Of a stretch of DNA of 64,000 bases, positions 11,439-23,199 are shown one piece after another. The notes beneath the pieces are model-generated. The model saw only the letters and a list, made by a program, of their open reading frames with translations, ran no database searches and was not told where the DNA came from. The DNA is from Rhizodiscina lignyota (lineage: Eukaryota). Position 1 is the stretch's first letter, and every line of letters starts with the position of its first letter. The DNA is taken from assembly GCA_010015805.1 (NCBI GenBank), contig ML978123.1:3162001-3226000 (forward strand), in the 5' to 3' direction. The translations under genes were made by a program, and so were the position numbers.

Positions 11439-12883
11439 TTTCGCGTGATTATTAGAGATGCAACTTGATAGGATGGACGATAGATTTGGTGTGGGACTTC
11501 GATTGACTCTTTTGAATTGGCACAATGCTATATAAAAGGTCTCAGATGATGCTTAAATGATAAAATATTGTACAGGGTTCAGCTCCAGACGCGTCGCTGA
11601 TGAATAACGACGGTAGACGCGTATCGCCTGACTCACGACAGATCAGAGGTCGTTTTGATGTGGCAGAGATTACGAAGCGCACCAAGGAACCGGAACATAG
11701 CAATCGACGACCTGTCGGACGCTTGGAGCTAGTGCTTTGGGTCTTTAGTAGCGACAGGCTGAATTGTCGGCGTCATGGTGGCGTTACTAATTCCGACTCC
11801 TTCGGGAGAGGAAAGTAGTTGGCCGCCGAGCATGCTGTAGCGCCCAATAAGCGGCCATCTCTTGCTGCTCAAGTTAGTCTAGACCGTCTCTAAAAGTTTG
11901 ATTATATATTCTCTGGAGTTTCGATCCCAATCGCACACCTTTTGCGAAACTTGCACACTTTCATCGTAGAGGCTACACATCGTACTCGTCCAGTCCCATG
12001 GAATCCTTGCATGTGTGTACGGACCAATCAGCTGCGACGCTGCGCAGAACGTGGTCGGAGTTGATTTCTCGCTCTCCAACTTCACAATTCGATACGGAAC
12101 AAGCTTTGATATAAGAGAGACGTCTTATACGAGTGATGCAATGATTTGCGAGAATTTGAAGTTAAAATGCTGAAGTCTATTTAACTGAACGTGCAATCCA
12201 ACACCATCCCAATTCAACCTGCCTTTCTTCTCCTCCTCCCTCCCTGAAGCAGAAGCTCTGATTGGATTTGACCTGGAGTGTATGAGTTAGCCATGAACAA
12301 CATTGACGAGAATGACATACATTAAATGAAGAGGTTATGTACCTTAAACTTTCGATACCTTTGACCTCTTAGGCTCCTTTGAAAGACTGCCATTGCCGTT
12401 TGCGGGCGGGCCGACGGATACGAGCTTCTTGACAATCTTGGGTCTCTTGACGGAGACCGAGCCCGCGACAGCACGTACATCTTGCCTGGTGGCAGCTTCG
12501 TGCCGGCCTGCGGCTTTGGTGTGCTGAGCTCGTGGGGGATTTTCCGTGGGTTCTGCCATCGCTCGCCCAGGGTTGGGTAGTGAACGATGTGCAGGCGAAG
12601 TACTTCGGCAGCACGATGAAGGAACGGGCTTACGGTCCCGGTAGAAGTTGGCTCCATTGGTGCGCGAAGTTTGTCCGGTTAGCTTCTTCGTCTTTGGGCG
12701 GTGGGATTCGCGTGCGATTGTGTCTGTGTGTGTGCGCGTGCGTGTTGGATGTAAGATATTGAGGAGATGAGATTGAGTCTGAGAATGGAAGAGAACTGAT
12801 GAGAGATGCTTGTCATCGATATATGGACCGCATCACGATAAGCATTTCTAGGAACATACTCGGCGGAGGTGGTTGGTAAATCG

Positions 12884-12964
12884 ACAATAACACTTCTTCA
12901 ACAATCGGGGTGGGGAGGTTGGGGAGTCTGGGTTTCGCAACAATAACACTCTTAAAACAATAGG
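12884..12964. repeat. ~56 bp imperfect tandem duplication enclosing a G-quadruplex-type motif
   Basis: ACAATAACACTTCTTCAACAAT (12884) versus ACAATAACACTCTTAAAACAAT (12940). Between them lies GGGGTGGGGAGGTTGGGGAGTCTGGG (12907-12932). Confidence 0.6.
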
Positions 12965-14731
12965 AAGATTATGGAAGATTGGCAAGCACAATCTTATTGG
13001 CGGAACAGGCAATGCTGCTACGCCAATCGCAAGGACTCAAGTGAGACTGGATGCAGTGTGCCCAATAGTTCTGGGAGAGTTGGTAGACGCACAAGTAACG
13101 GGTATTCTATGTTCACAATCCCCTGTTGCTTTACGAGAAGAGATCCCGAACTAGATATACCTAATCCTCATGTACCATTGTGACCTGTGGTGCCCGATTT
13201 CAGTTTCGTTTCCAGGTCGGTGAACTTTCTGCTGAAGTTTCAAGTCAATGGCGGATAGACCAGAGGACAGACGAACAACCCAGGCATACATCAATTCGGT
13301 TGTCTCCGTTTGAAAAGAGCTCGATGGTTGCAAGTACTGGCAATGCAACGTCGTCAAGTGACAAACCAGTCCGCGGAAATATGTTGGGATCGCTTCGAGG
13401 CAGCTCTTCAACTAAAATTCTAAGTGGAGCGGCTCAGGGGTGATTATTCGAGATGCCGCATAGCGGCAATTTGGTGCTGCAGAGCGTGCGCATGTTGTCG
13501 GTGACAAGTGGCGCGCTGTCCGTTTTCTATTACTCGATATTTATGGAATCCTCGGCAACGTCACGTCGGAGCTGCTGGGCCTCGCATACCGCAAAATTGA
13601 AGGGAAAATCGTGAACAAAAGATGAAAATTCCCTATAAATTGAATTGCAGTGTACGGAGATTGATATATCGATCTGACAATGGAGTGGAGGAGCGGTAGA
13701 CTCAGCGGTATAAGGAGCACAGAAAGGGGAGAGCTGACGGCCGAAAGTTATCACGATGGTAGCCCGGTCAGATCCGAACATCGTTAGGAATCGGCAGCCG
13801 GTCTAGCAGACAGCAACACGGTCGGCGGCTTACTCGATCCCTTCTACTACTTTTTATCAAGTAATCCGGGACGAGCGCTAAAGGAGCGCGTCGGAGTTGC
13901 TGCGATTGGACGATGTGGCGATTGGAAAGGGGGTCCAGGGCAGACAGCAATGAACAAGTATAACAAACATCCTTATAGTAGTTAAGAAGCGTATAGAGTA
14001 GCTGATCCTCTTATAGGAATCAACTCGATGAAGTAGCACAATTGATGCAAGGAGCAGTCTGTGCCTTTCGTTGGGATTGCAGGGTCCGCGATGGCCTAAT
14101 CAATGCTAGCGCCGTTCCTTATCTTCAACCTCACCTCATGCACCCTCCAAGTCTCCTCTACCCAGCGACCCACTCAGAAGCCCTATCGCCGCCCATTCAC
14201 TGCCTCCTACGCGTATTCAGCCGCGTACAACTGGCCCTGAGCCTTTTTAGAACACCATCTGCGGCAGAAACCGGCAGTCTCGCTCCTGATAACCATCACC
14301 GCCTCCCATGGCCAGTTTTGATCGAGTAATGCGGCACATCAGCTCCGGGGCAGGTACCCGCGGCCATAATGCTGAGCGAGAATCTGGAGTGCATACCCAT
14401 CCGGATACGATCACCGTGTTGAGGCCGATAAGAAGGCTAAGTTACCCCAGATTCTGGACTTTTTCTTTTGTACACAGATTCAGATTCCTTTGTTTCTCCT
14501 TATAGCATCAAGAGAGTGTACAGGATCAATTCACTTGTCCAATAACATCAGAAAACCACCTAATTGACAACTTGTTGCTGTTTACCTGTTCCGCTTCTTT
14601 AAGTCTCCCTGACCGGAGAAGCGCACGGCACCGCCCGACAGATATATCCTGCTGCAAACACCAGCTTCACACTGCGGGAGCACTCCTCTGAAGCCCTCAC
14701 CAGCGTCCCAGAGACGGCTGCCGACCCCACG

Positions 14732-16412
14732 ATGGCACCCCACGCAACCGGCACACCTCCCTCCCTCTCCCCCTCCAATAGCTTCTCCGGCTCGCCCATC
14801 ACAGTCCTAGCATCCTCACGAGCCGTCGTAGCTGGCCGAATAACGGAAGCCACAATCGTCATATCTACCACCACCGGCAAGATAACGACCATCTTCCATT
14901 CCGTCCTTCCCGCGTCTGACTTCCCGCCTGGCACGCCGTACAGGGACTATACCCCACATATTCTGCTTCCTGGCCTCGTGGACGCACACGTGCACCTGAA
15001 TGAGCCTGGACGGACAGAATGGGAAGGATTCTGGACTGGTACGCGAGCTGCTGCATTTGGTGGGGTTACTACGGTGGTGGATATGCCGCTCAATGCCATC
15101 CCGCCTACCACCACTGTAGCCAATCTGCATGAGAAGGTAGAAGCAGCTCAGGGTAAATGTTGGGTTGATGTTGGCTTCTATGGCGGCATCATCCCAGGCA
15201 ATGCGGATGAGCTTCTTCCACTTGTTGACGCTGGTGTCCGTGGCTTTAAGGGTTTCCTGATTGACAGCGGAGTAAGTCATTGCCAACTTTAAGTTCTTGC
15301 CCGGGCTAACCAAAATGAAGGTGCCAGAGTTCCCAGCCGTCTCCTCCAATGACATCTCCCTAGCCCTCACCGCACTCTCCTCCGCTCCCACAACCGTCAT
15401 GTTCCACGCCGAAATGATCCCGCCACTCTCAATGTCCGTTGGCGACGTCAGCCACACCTCGCACCCGCCCAACGTGCCTACAGGCCCACTCAACACATAC
15501 CAGACCTTCCTCGATTCTCGCCCTCCATCCTTCGAAACATACGCCATCTCGGAAGTTCTCAGCCTCGCACACCTCGCTCCAAATCTGCCTCTACATATCG
15601 TCCACTTGAGCGCCATCCAAGCAATCCCACTACTACAAGAAGCGAGGAGGAGTGGCGTCAAAATCACCGCAGAAACATGTTTCCACTATCTAAGCCTAGC
15701 GGCTGAAGGCGTCGAGGAGGGAGACACGCGACATAAATGCTGTCCACCCATCCGCGAGCAGTCAAATCAACACGGTCTGTGGGCGGAGCTGAAGAAAGAA
15801 GGAACTGATGGGGAAGATGGAGTTATCAAGACTGTTGTTTCGGATCATTCGCCTTGCACACCGGACCTCAAGCTCCTCCCTGAACACGTGGATATCTCGA
15901 AATCGAATACCAGCGTACAAGAGGATACAAAGGAGGCGGAGAAGGGCGATTTCTTCGCTGCGTGGGGCGGTATCAGCAGCGTCGGTCTTGGCCTCAGCAT
16001 CCTCTGGACAGAAGGCCAGAAGCGAGATGTTTCGATTGAGGATGTTGTCCGATGGTGCTGCAAGAATACGGCGAAGCAGGTCGGTCTAGGACATCGCAAG
16101 GGCGATTTGGGCGTCGGTTATGATGGAGATATTTGCGTTTTCGACGACGAGGGCGAGTTTACGGTTAGTCTTCCCTCCTCTTCTTGCGTGAGTGACAACT
16201 GGTGATTATCATACTGATATGAGAGACAGGTTGAGCATTCATCGATGCTTTTCAGAAACAAGTGCTCGCCCTACGAGAATCGCAGGCTCAAGGGCGTCGT
16301 GAAGGAGACTTGGCTAAGAGGGAAGAGGGTTTTCAGTCGAGAGCGTGGCTTCGCGGAGAAGGCGGGACCTGCTGGGGACCTGTTGCTTGAGCCGAGGAAG
16401 CACAAGGCTTAA
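14732..16412 (+). CDS. DAL1: Allantoinase (amidohydrolase superfamily)
   Basis: [79 protein letters not shown] and WGGISS. Introns at 15272-15320 and 16164-16229; stop TAA at 16410-16412. Confidence 0.95.
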
Positions 16413-16499
16413 GAGGAATGTTGAGCTATCACTGTAGCATGTCGATTTAGTTGTTGGCGCGATGCATCGACTTTGTAAGATATACCCATTCGAGTTTTC

Positions 16500-17555
16500 T
16501 GATTCACTGTTGCTAAGTCGTTTGAAGGTTTTGTTCTATTCGAACGCTCATGTATCGACGCATTTAGATGGAGAAGAAGTCTCGTTCGCGGACTCTACAC
16601 GCTTACCTTAGATATAGCACTGCATAGCGACGCGGCTCGATTTCCTCGCCGGGAAGGACGTATCGGTATATTTGCACAGCAAGTTGAGCGTATTCGGTCC
16701 CCCTCACGTCATTGATCAAGCATTGTGTTGATTAGTTATTGAGTCTTTTCGGACTTGGTGGAACAGGTGGAACAAAACCTCTTTGTGGTTTGTCGCCCTT
16801 GCGATACCGTAAGGGATGTCGATATAAGTTATCTAGTTCGGCATGGCTAAGTCTTTAAAGGTTTACTTCTGCTTGAATGCGTGTGTATCGATGCGTTTAG
16901 ATCGAGAAGAAGCCTGGCTTACGACCCTGCTGGCGTTATCATAGCTATGGTGTTTTACAACGGCGGAAATCTGTCTCTTCAACTTTTAAGGACTGCTTGA
17001 TATCTGTTCACCTGTCAAATTGACTGTATTCGAACCCCTCTACGCTGCTGATCCAGCGTTGCGTTGATTATTCTTGAAGTCCTTTGAAGCGCGTTGGCGA
17101 ACTCCTTGAAATTTCGTGTGGGTCTCTTTATAGAAGTTGACGTTCAATGCCACTGTGGCATGCCGCTACAGGCATCACCAAGAACCATCTTTGTAAGGAG
17201 TGCAGGTACGAGCACTACTAAGTCATATAAGGTTCTTCTGTTTACACGCTCATGTATTGACGCGTTTAGATCACGAGGAAGCCTTGTCAGCGACTCGGTC
17301 GGCCTTATCGTGGCTATAGTGTTGTATAGCGACGTACTTTGAATCACCTTACCGCATGGGCTGCTTAGTATCTTCTCACACGCCAAGTTGTGCGTATGCG
17401 GATCTCTTTACGCCGTTTATCGAGCACCCCGTTGATTATTCTTAGAATTCTTTGAAGCACATCATAGAGTGGAGTAGAGGTTCGAGGAAAGGCAATTCTG
17501 CGCGTTCATTTCATGATACACCAATTTGCTTGTGGTGTATAAGTACTACTAAGAG
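16500..17555. repeat. Three degenerate tandem repeats (units of about 330-370 bp) plus a possible start of a fourth
   Basis: The anchor CTAAGTC..AAGGTT..TGTATyGAyGCrTTTAGAT..GAAG.CT recurs at 16513, 16847 and 17218. Downstream blocks CAArTTG...GTAT and GTTGATTA.T.TT also recur in each unit. Confidence 0.85.
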
Positions 17556-17648
17556 TCCAGCGGAACCCCTCCACGCGCTGCCAGCAGCCTCCACCATGCT
17601 CTCCTCAGTCTTCACGGCACCACTGCTGACGAACTGATCAGGCCCCCG

Positions 17649-18264
17649 CTACTTCTTCCGGCCGTACAGAAACGCCATCTTGAACACCAACCTCCTCAGG
17701 AACTTCCTCTCGAACCACGGTTTCCACACACCCCATGGACGCCATTCCGCTGGGGTGTGCGTCATTTTGTCGACAGGGATAGGCTGCCATTTGAAGTAAG
17801 ACTGTTCTAACAAAAGGCTAAATCGCCACTGATGGATGTATTACCGCTTCCGCCTCCCTGAAGCGGCACATCTCGAGGTACTCGAGGCGCTTCTTCAGCA
17901 CGAACAGCATCTCCTTCCGCGTGCGCCGGTCGAGGCTGGTCAGCGAGAGCGTCGTTTGCTTGCGTCGGGAGAGGAACTTTAAGTCCAAGTTGCTGATTCC
18001 GTAGACGTCGATGCTGCGCTGTTAGTTAGCACAATGTTTACGCTAATAATATGACTCGGGCACGAAGTGGTCTGCATCGGTGTGGTCGCATGCTTTCTCG
18101 CCGAAAAAAAGGTGGAATTCGGGCGGAAGCGTCGCGAGCTCGGCCGGCGTGTTGATGTAGGGGTCGGAGATGGCGTACTCCAAGATCTTCTGGCGGATCT
18201 CGCTGGAGAGGCTGTCGAAGCTCACGGCGGTGGTGCCGGCGACTTCGTTGGATGGTGTTGCCAT
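17649..18264 (-). CDS. Hypothetical spliced protein with an N-terminal F-box/2EXR-like motif
   Basis: MATPSNEV..SFDSLSSEIRQKILEYAI resembles the F..L..EIR..I.EY motif. Two putative introns (GTGCCC..CTAAC..CAG and GTAATA..CAG) join in-frame exons RSIDVYG..EAEA and SYFKW..GRKK*. The first donor is weak. Confidence 0.5.
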
Positions 18265-18838
18265 CGTGGAATATGTTGGGAAAGGTGGTTGTTGTGGGAA
18301 AAGTTGGTGTAGTGAGCAAGGTTGGTGTCGTGAGAAAGTTTGTTGAAGGAATGGTTGTTGTGTCGGGAAGACGAGGTGTTTATATACCCCTTTGTACACG
18401 TTAGAAGGAACTTTCCGTTGCCCAGTGGAGGCAATGTAGTTTTTGGTTCTGTGGTCTAACACCAACACTGTGTTTGGGCAATCGAGTAAGGTAGTGCTAG
18501 GCATCAACGCTTCATGACGATGTGCACCTTCATCCTTCTCACCCCCGCGGAAAACACCTGCCGGAAAATGTTCACCACTCTGCCATTCACAAGAGTGAAC
18601 CTGAATGCTTGATTGGATAATCTTTGAATATTATTTGGGAGAGGGTCACAGCATCAACTAGGATGACCTGGGTTGCCTGAAAAGAACATACATATCAGGC
18701 GGTCGGTAGACTGAGCCACGGCTTAGATTTCTATCTCCTCAACACCGCCGATGAACCGATAGTCCCCTTTTCGATATTGGAACGAATCTTCTTCTCACCT
18801 TTCCGGCCTACCAAAAGGTAAAAAATGCAACGCACAGG

Positions 18839-20164
18839 TCACCACGTTGTGAGGACTTTAGGATAGTCCTTGTGGCTGATGCCGAGGTCATCGAAGACTG
18901 TGTCATCGCCTGCAGCAAGGTTAGCATGTTCCGGGCCAGTTTGTGAGACGAACGACATACCATGCAAGTGCTCAACCCTGATCTCGTCCTCATTTTCAAG
19001 CTCCGCGATCTCCTCCGCAGGAGTCTCAGTGTCATGCTTCTTATCCTTTGCCACTCCCTCGGTTGCCTTGTCGAATCCAGTCTCACCTTCGCCGATCAGG
19101 AGGAACTGCGCGTTCACGTAGTCAAGCTGCTCAGCGCGGCTCGGGGGGATCCAGGCGCGACCGTGAAAGTCCTTATCAATCATCTCCTGGGGGAAGTCGG
19201 GACCTTGAGGAAGTTGCGCATTCGCAGGACCTGGCCTCTCGGGGTTCTTGAGGCTGACGATGAAGCTGCCTTTGGCACGGATGCCCAAATCATTCTGAAC
19301 GTCGCCCAGCTCCGATGGAATAGTAAGCATGTACGCTAGATGAGTAGAGGCGCCCTGAATCGTAAAGGCGTAGACACCTTCACCGACTGAAGTGACTGGA
19401 GGAGTATGACGAACGCCCGCAGTCTTAGTTTCGTACTCAGAGCCTTGAAAGAAGTTCTCCTTGAGATCATCCATCGTGGTATTGGCCTTCTCGACGAACA
19501 CCATGAAGCGGTCCTTGTGACTCTTGGGCAGGGCCTTCTTCGGGATAGCGATGAGGCGGTTGTTTTTGAGGTCCGGAATGACACCGTCACCGAGTTTGGC
19601 GTCTGCAGGAAGCGGGCGGAGGACGAGGTAGGAGCGCTGAAGGTCCTTGACATCAGTTGGCTCCTCGATACCAACTCGACCGCGAGTGAAGAAGTAGATG
19701 ATGCCCTTCTCGAGGATGTTTGAAGGGAGCTTCTTCTCTGGAGACTTCTCGATCGCACCATTCTTGTCTTCCTTGGCTCTGGTAAGCTCCTTCTCTGAGG
19801 GCGCTTCTTCAGCTTGAGCTTTCTCCTTTGCATTCGACTTCTCCTCCTTTTCTTCAGCTGCATCAGCAGCATCATTTGCGGGTTTCACAGTAGAGTCGTC
19901 CTCCTTGGTGGTTGCGTCGGCTTCCCGCATCTCGAGATCCTTTGGAGAGTCATCTGGGATCTTCTTCTCGACAACCTCAGGCATGGTCTCCTCTAGAGTC
20001 TTCTGTTCCGAAGTCTTCTTGGGAGTGGCCTTTTTAATGGTGGTCTTCTTGCTGCGCTTGGTGGTGGGAGAAGATGTTGGCTCGGCCTTGCGCTTTGTTC
20101 CGGCACCATTCTGAGATGCTGGGCTCGAATCGCCTCGCGTAGTAGATCGTGTGTTGGCTGGCAT
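18839..20164 (-). CDS. Conserved fungal hypothetical protein (family often labelled 'BTB domain transcription factor'; function unknown)
   Basis: Long ORF with strong codon bias: a charged, disordered N-terminus followed by the core ILEKGIIYFFTRGRV..SHKDRFMVFVEK..GEGVYA..HLAYMLTIP..GSFIVSLKNP..FLLIGE. One 51 nt intron at 18910-18960. Confidence 0.8.
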   Translation of the reverse strand: MPANTRSTTRGDSSPASQNGAGTKRKAEPTSSPTTKRSKKTTIKKATPKKTSEQKTLEETMPEVVEKKIPDDSPKDLEMREADATTKEDDSTVKPANDAADAAEEKEEKSNAKEKAQAEEAPSEKELTRAKEDKNGAIEKSPEKKLPSNILEKGIIYFFTRGRVGIEEPTDVKDLQRSYLVLRPLPADAKLGDGVIPDLKNNRLIAIPKKALPKSHKDRFMVFVEKANTTMDDLKENFFQGSEYETKTAGVRHTPPVTSVGEGVYAFTIQGASTHLAYMLTIPSELGDVQNDLGIRAKGSFIVSLKNPERPGPANAQLPQGPDFPQEMIDKDFHGRAWIPPSRAEQLDYVNAQFLLIGEGETGFDKATEGVAKDKKHDTETPAEEIAELENEDEIRVEHLHGMSFVSQTGPEHANLAAGDDTVFDDLGISHKDYPKVLTTW

Positions 20165-20965
20165 AGTGGATCGGCTGAGATGTTCAATTGAAGTTGAGGT
20201 TGAAGTAACGCGGAGAATTAGTGCGTAGGTATTTGTAGACGCGAGGCTCTGTTTTATAGAGTCGTTACGTCATGCGAAACGGTGGCACGTGATCATTATA
20301 CGATCAAATTGGGTAAAACAGACATAGAAACATGGAAAATTGAAAATTCAAATTCTAGAGAATGAGAAGAGTGAATTTTTTTAATTGATGTTGTTTACTG
20401 AGCTGGGTGGGGATAACTTTCCTTTTCGCTTTGGTGGAAACCGTTAGATCGTGATGCAGGTCACGCCATGGAAATACAAGACGGGACTGCTCGGGTGCTG
20501 AACTTTAATGGATACTGCTTAGTGATTATCATTCCTAGTGATGATTCCTTTACTGGAAGTGTAGCAGAACAGATTTTGGCTCTTTGACAGAGACCTGAAA
20601 GGTCGTTCCTCTCCGGCCGGTATTCAAGGCCAATTCTCCTTTTGACATGCCTCTTCCTATACGCCTTCTCTTGATGTCACAGCCCCTATATCATCTCGGT
20701 ACCAAGTGGCTCAGCTGTTATAACGTCTACTGCCTTGTGTGCTGTCTATGAGCTGGAGAAGAAGTTGAGGTTCGAGTGAGGTTGGGGTTGACACACTTGA
20801 AGGATTACCACCTCGATGCGACGGATGTCTTAACAGTCACATCATGGCCGCATGTGATCGTCGCAATTGACCTTGGAAAGTCAACATTACAACTCTAGAG
20901 AACGGAAGGTAACGCAATCCACGTGATTTCGCGCATACCAAAGGAGCTTGCTGTTGAGCCGCGTC

Positions 20966-21937
20966 TTAACTGCCTTGTGCCACCTTATCCATGAATGTAT
21001 TGATCGCACTTCCCAGACTCTCCGGATTCGGCTTGGGAGAGCACACATCTGGCTCGAACGCAAATTCTCTTTTCAGATGATCTCGCGTCGTGGGACCAAT
21101 TGTCGCGATATACACGTTTTGCGCCCGGTAAACTTGACTCTTCGCTCTACCATCCTCCGAATCCAGAAAGCCCAAGGCATCAAACATCGCTCCGCATCCT
21201 GTTGGAGAGAATACCACGACCCATTGACTAGGCACGCCGCGCTTGCCATTCGAGGAATAAATCGAAGAGAAGTTTGACCGGAATGAGAGCATTTCTTTAG
21301 TCTGATAGCAGGGAAGTTCGTCGACCTCGATGCGCTGTTCTCCAAGCTCATCCGACTGGAGAGTCTTGGGAATGATATCCCGTCGCTGCTCCCCTGCTAT
21401 AAACAGTAATGGAAGCTTAGCTTTTTGCCTCTCCGGCCACCACTTGTTATAATGCTGCAAAATAAATGCCGCCAGCGCATCCCCATTGCCGCTCTCTTCA
21501 CCCAGGATAGGACAAGGGAGGTTCAAGGCCCTCAAGCCTTTCGCTGTAGCCGGACCAACAACGTAAAAAGGTACATCCGCCGAGAGGAAATCACCAATGG
21601 GCTCATTACTCCCAACGAGCCCGTTACACTCTTTGACTTCGCGTATGACTTTGCTAAATGCCTCGACGGCGCGCTGCGATGTGAATATGAGGCCTCCATA
21701 CTCCAAACGTCCACTCGGCAGCGGCTGGTTGCATGATTTGAAGCGCCCGTACTCCACTAAAGCCCGGATCTGTCCCATTGCGTTTGGGTTGAATCGGTGC
21801 TCCAAGACAGGTACGAAGATTGGCTCATACTGCCCGTTCTTGGTGTCTGAAAAGTAATCATGGTATCCATCATGAGGCGTGGACTTCGTCTTCAGGAGCA
21901 GTACCGGAATGTTGGGCTTGGCGGAGTGCTCGATCAT
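20966..21937 (-). CDS. HEM4: Uroporphyrinogen-III synthase
   Basis: PVLLLKTKSTPHDGY, FVPVLEH, GGLIFTSQRAVEAF, YVVGPATA, GEESGNG, LLFIAGEQRRDIIP, WVVVFSPTG, IATIGPTT and PKPNPE. Confidence 0.92.
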   Translation of the reverse strand: MIEHSAKPNIPVLLLKTKSTPHDGYHDYFSDTKNGQYEPIFVPVLEHRFNPNAMGQIRALVEYGRFKSCNQPLPSGRLEYGGLIFTSQRAVEAFSKVIREVKECNGLVGSNEPIGDFLSADVPFYVVGPATAKGLRALNLPCPILGEESGNGDALAAFILQHYNKWWPERQKAKLPLLFIAGEQRRDIIPKTLQSDELGEQRIEVDELPCYQTKEMLSFRSNFSSIYSSNGKRGVPSQWVVVFSPTGCGAMFDALGFLDSEDGRAKSQVYRAQNVYIATIGPTTRDHLKREFAFEPDVCSPKPNPESLGSAINTFMDKVAQGS

Positions 21938-22262
21938 CTTTGTAGAAGTCCCGCATAGAGTCACATATGTGGGTTTGTGAACAGGCTATTGTCTAGTGAA
22001 GTGATCTGAAGTGGAATTGCCCATGTAAGATTTCGAATCGTGACCGTAATCGATGTACGATAAAAATGCCGGTCTCCAGAGCGGGCCGACCCGCAGCCAC
22101 TTCGACGCCTCAGGAACGGACGAAAAGTCAGGACGACGAGCTACACAAGCGCGATGGCATTTGTCAGCGCCGCTTCAGTTATGTTCAATTAGTATGCCCA
22201 TCAGTGGAACCGAACATCCAATTCTTTTGAAATTTCTGTGCGCTGTCGAGCTCGCTACCGGG

Positions 22263-22880
22263 ATGCCAGCACAACCATTGGACGCCGAGAAGCAGCAGAA
22301 TGAAGCTCTCGATACGGTGCCAAAGAAGCTACCCAGAGGAGTAGTGCTGGGTCCAGATGGGAAACCGTGAGCTTTACATACCGTCTGTAATCTCAAGGCT
22401 TAAGCTAAAGGTTTCTGCAGATGCCGTAGCTGCACTTCCTTCGCCTCATGGGCGGCCATGACCAAGAGGCAGCCCAGCAACATATCCAGCACGACTCCTC
22501 CCGCAAGCGCAGCAGCATCCCTCTCTCCACCGCCAAATTGTCCTCCAGACGTCGACGAACTCGGCAGATCGTCCTGGAATCTCCTCCATACCATAACAGC
22601 AAACTACCCAGTCTCCCCATCTCCACAACAGCAACACGACGCACGCAGCTTCATATCCTCCTTCTCCCGGCTATATCCGTGCTGGGTGTGCGCGGAAGAC
22701 TTTCAGCAATGGATGAAGGACGAGCGAAACGCTCCGAGGGTGAGCTCAAGACAGGAGTTTGGGCGCTGGATGTGCGAAGCGCATAATGAGGTAAATGTGA
22801 AGCTGGGCAAAGAGAGCTTCAACTGCGATAGATGGGAAGAGCGGTGGCGGACAGGGTGGAAGGATGGGAGCTGTGATTAA
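22263..22880 (+). CDS. ERV1: Mitochondrial FAD-linked sulfhydryl oxidase Erv1/ALR
   Basis: GVVLGPDGKP|CRSC shuttle motif across intron 22367-22420, then CPPDVDELGRSSWNLLH, YPCWVC, WMCEAHNEVN and a C-terminal WKDGSCD. Confidence 0.95.
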
Positions 22881-23199
22881 CGGCATTCATCCGGTATTGT
22901 ATTGCATAGAATCTCCACTGCGACGGTTGTACACATACCCAGAATCACACTTAATGTATATACTATAAGATGAGCCTTCACTTCCTCGGCTATTACATGG
23001 GACAGTAAACCACTGGTCAATCGATGAAATCTGCCCATGCTTTCAGATTAGTTCATCTCAAGGCAGCTTTCGAGCACTTTGATGGTTGCATCGACGAGAT
23101 GAATGGCTGTTCGGAGTAGCTCCGAGGCATTAAGTCACTAGAGAAGTAAGAATCTGGCGAACAACACCCACCGAGAATGAATGGCTCACCAGACGATAG

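Noticed and set aside
16500..17555. CRISPR-like interpretation of the repeat array
   Set aside because: Eukaryotic context, units of hundreds of bp with degenerate similarity, no identical short repeats with unique spacers, and no cas genes.
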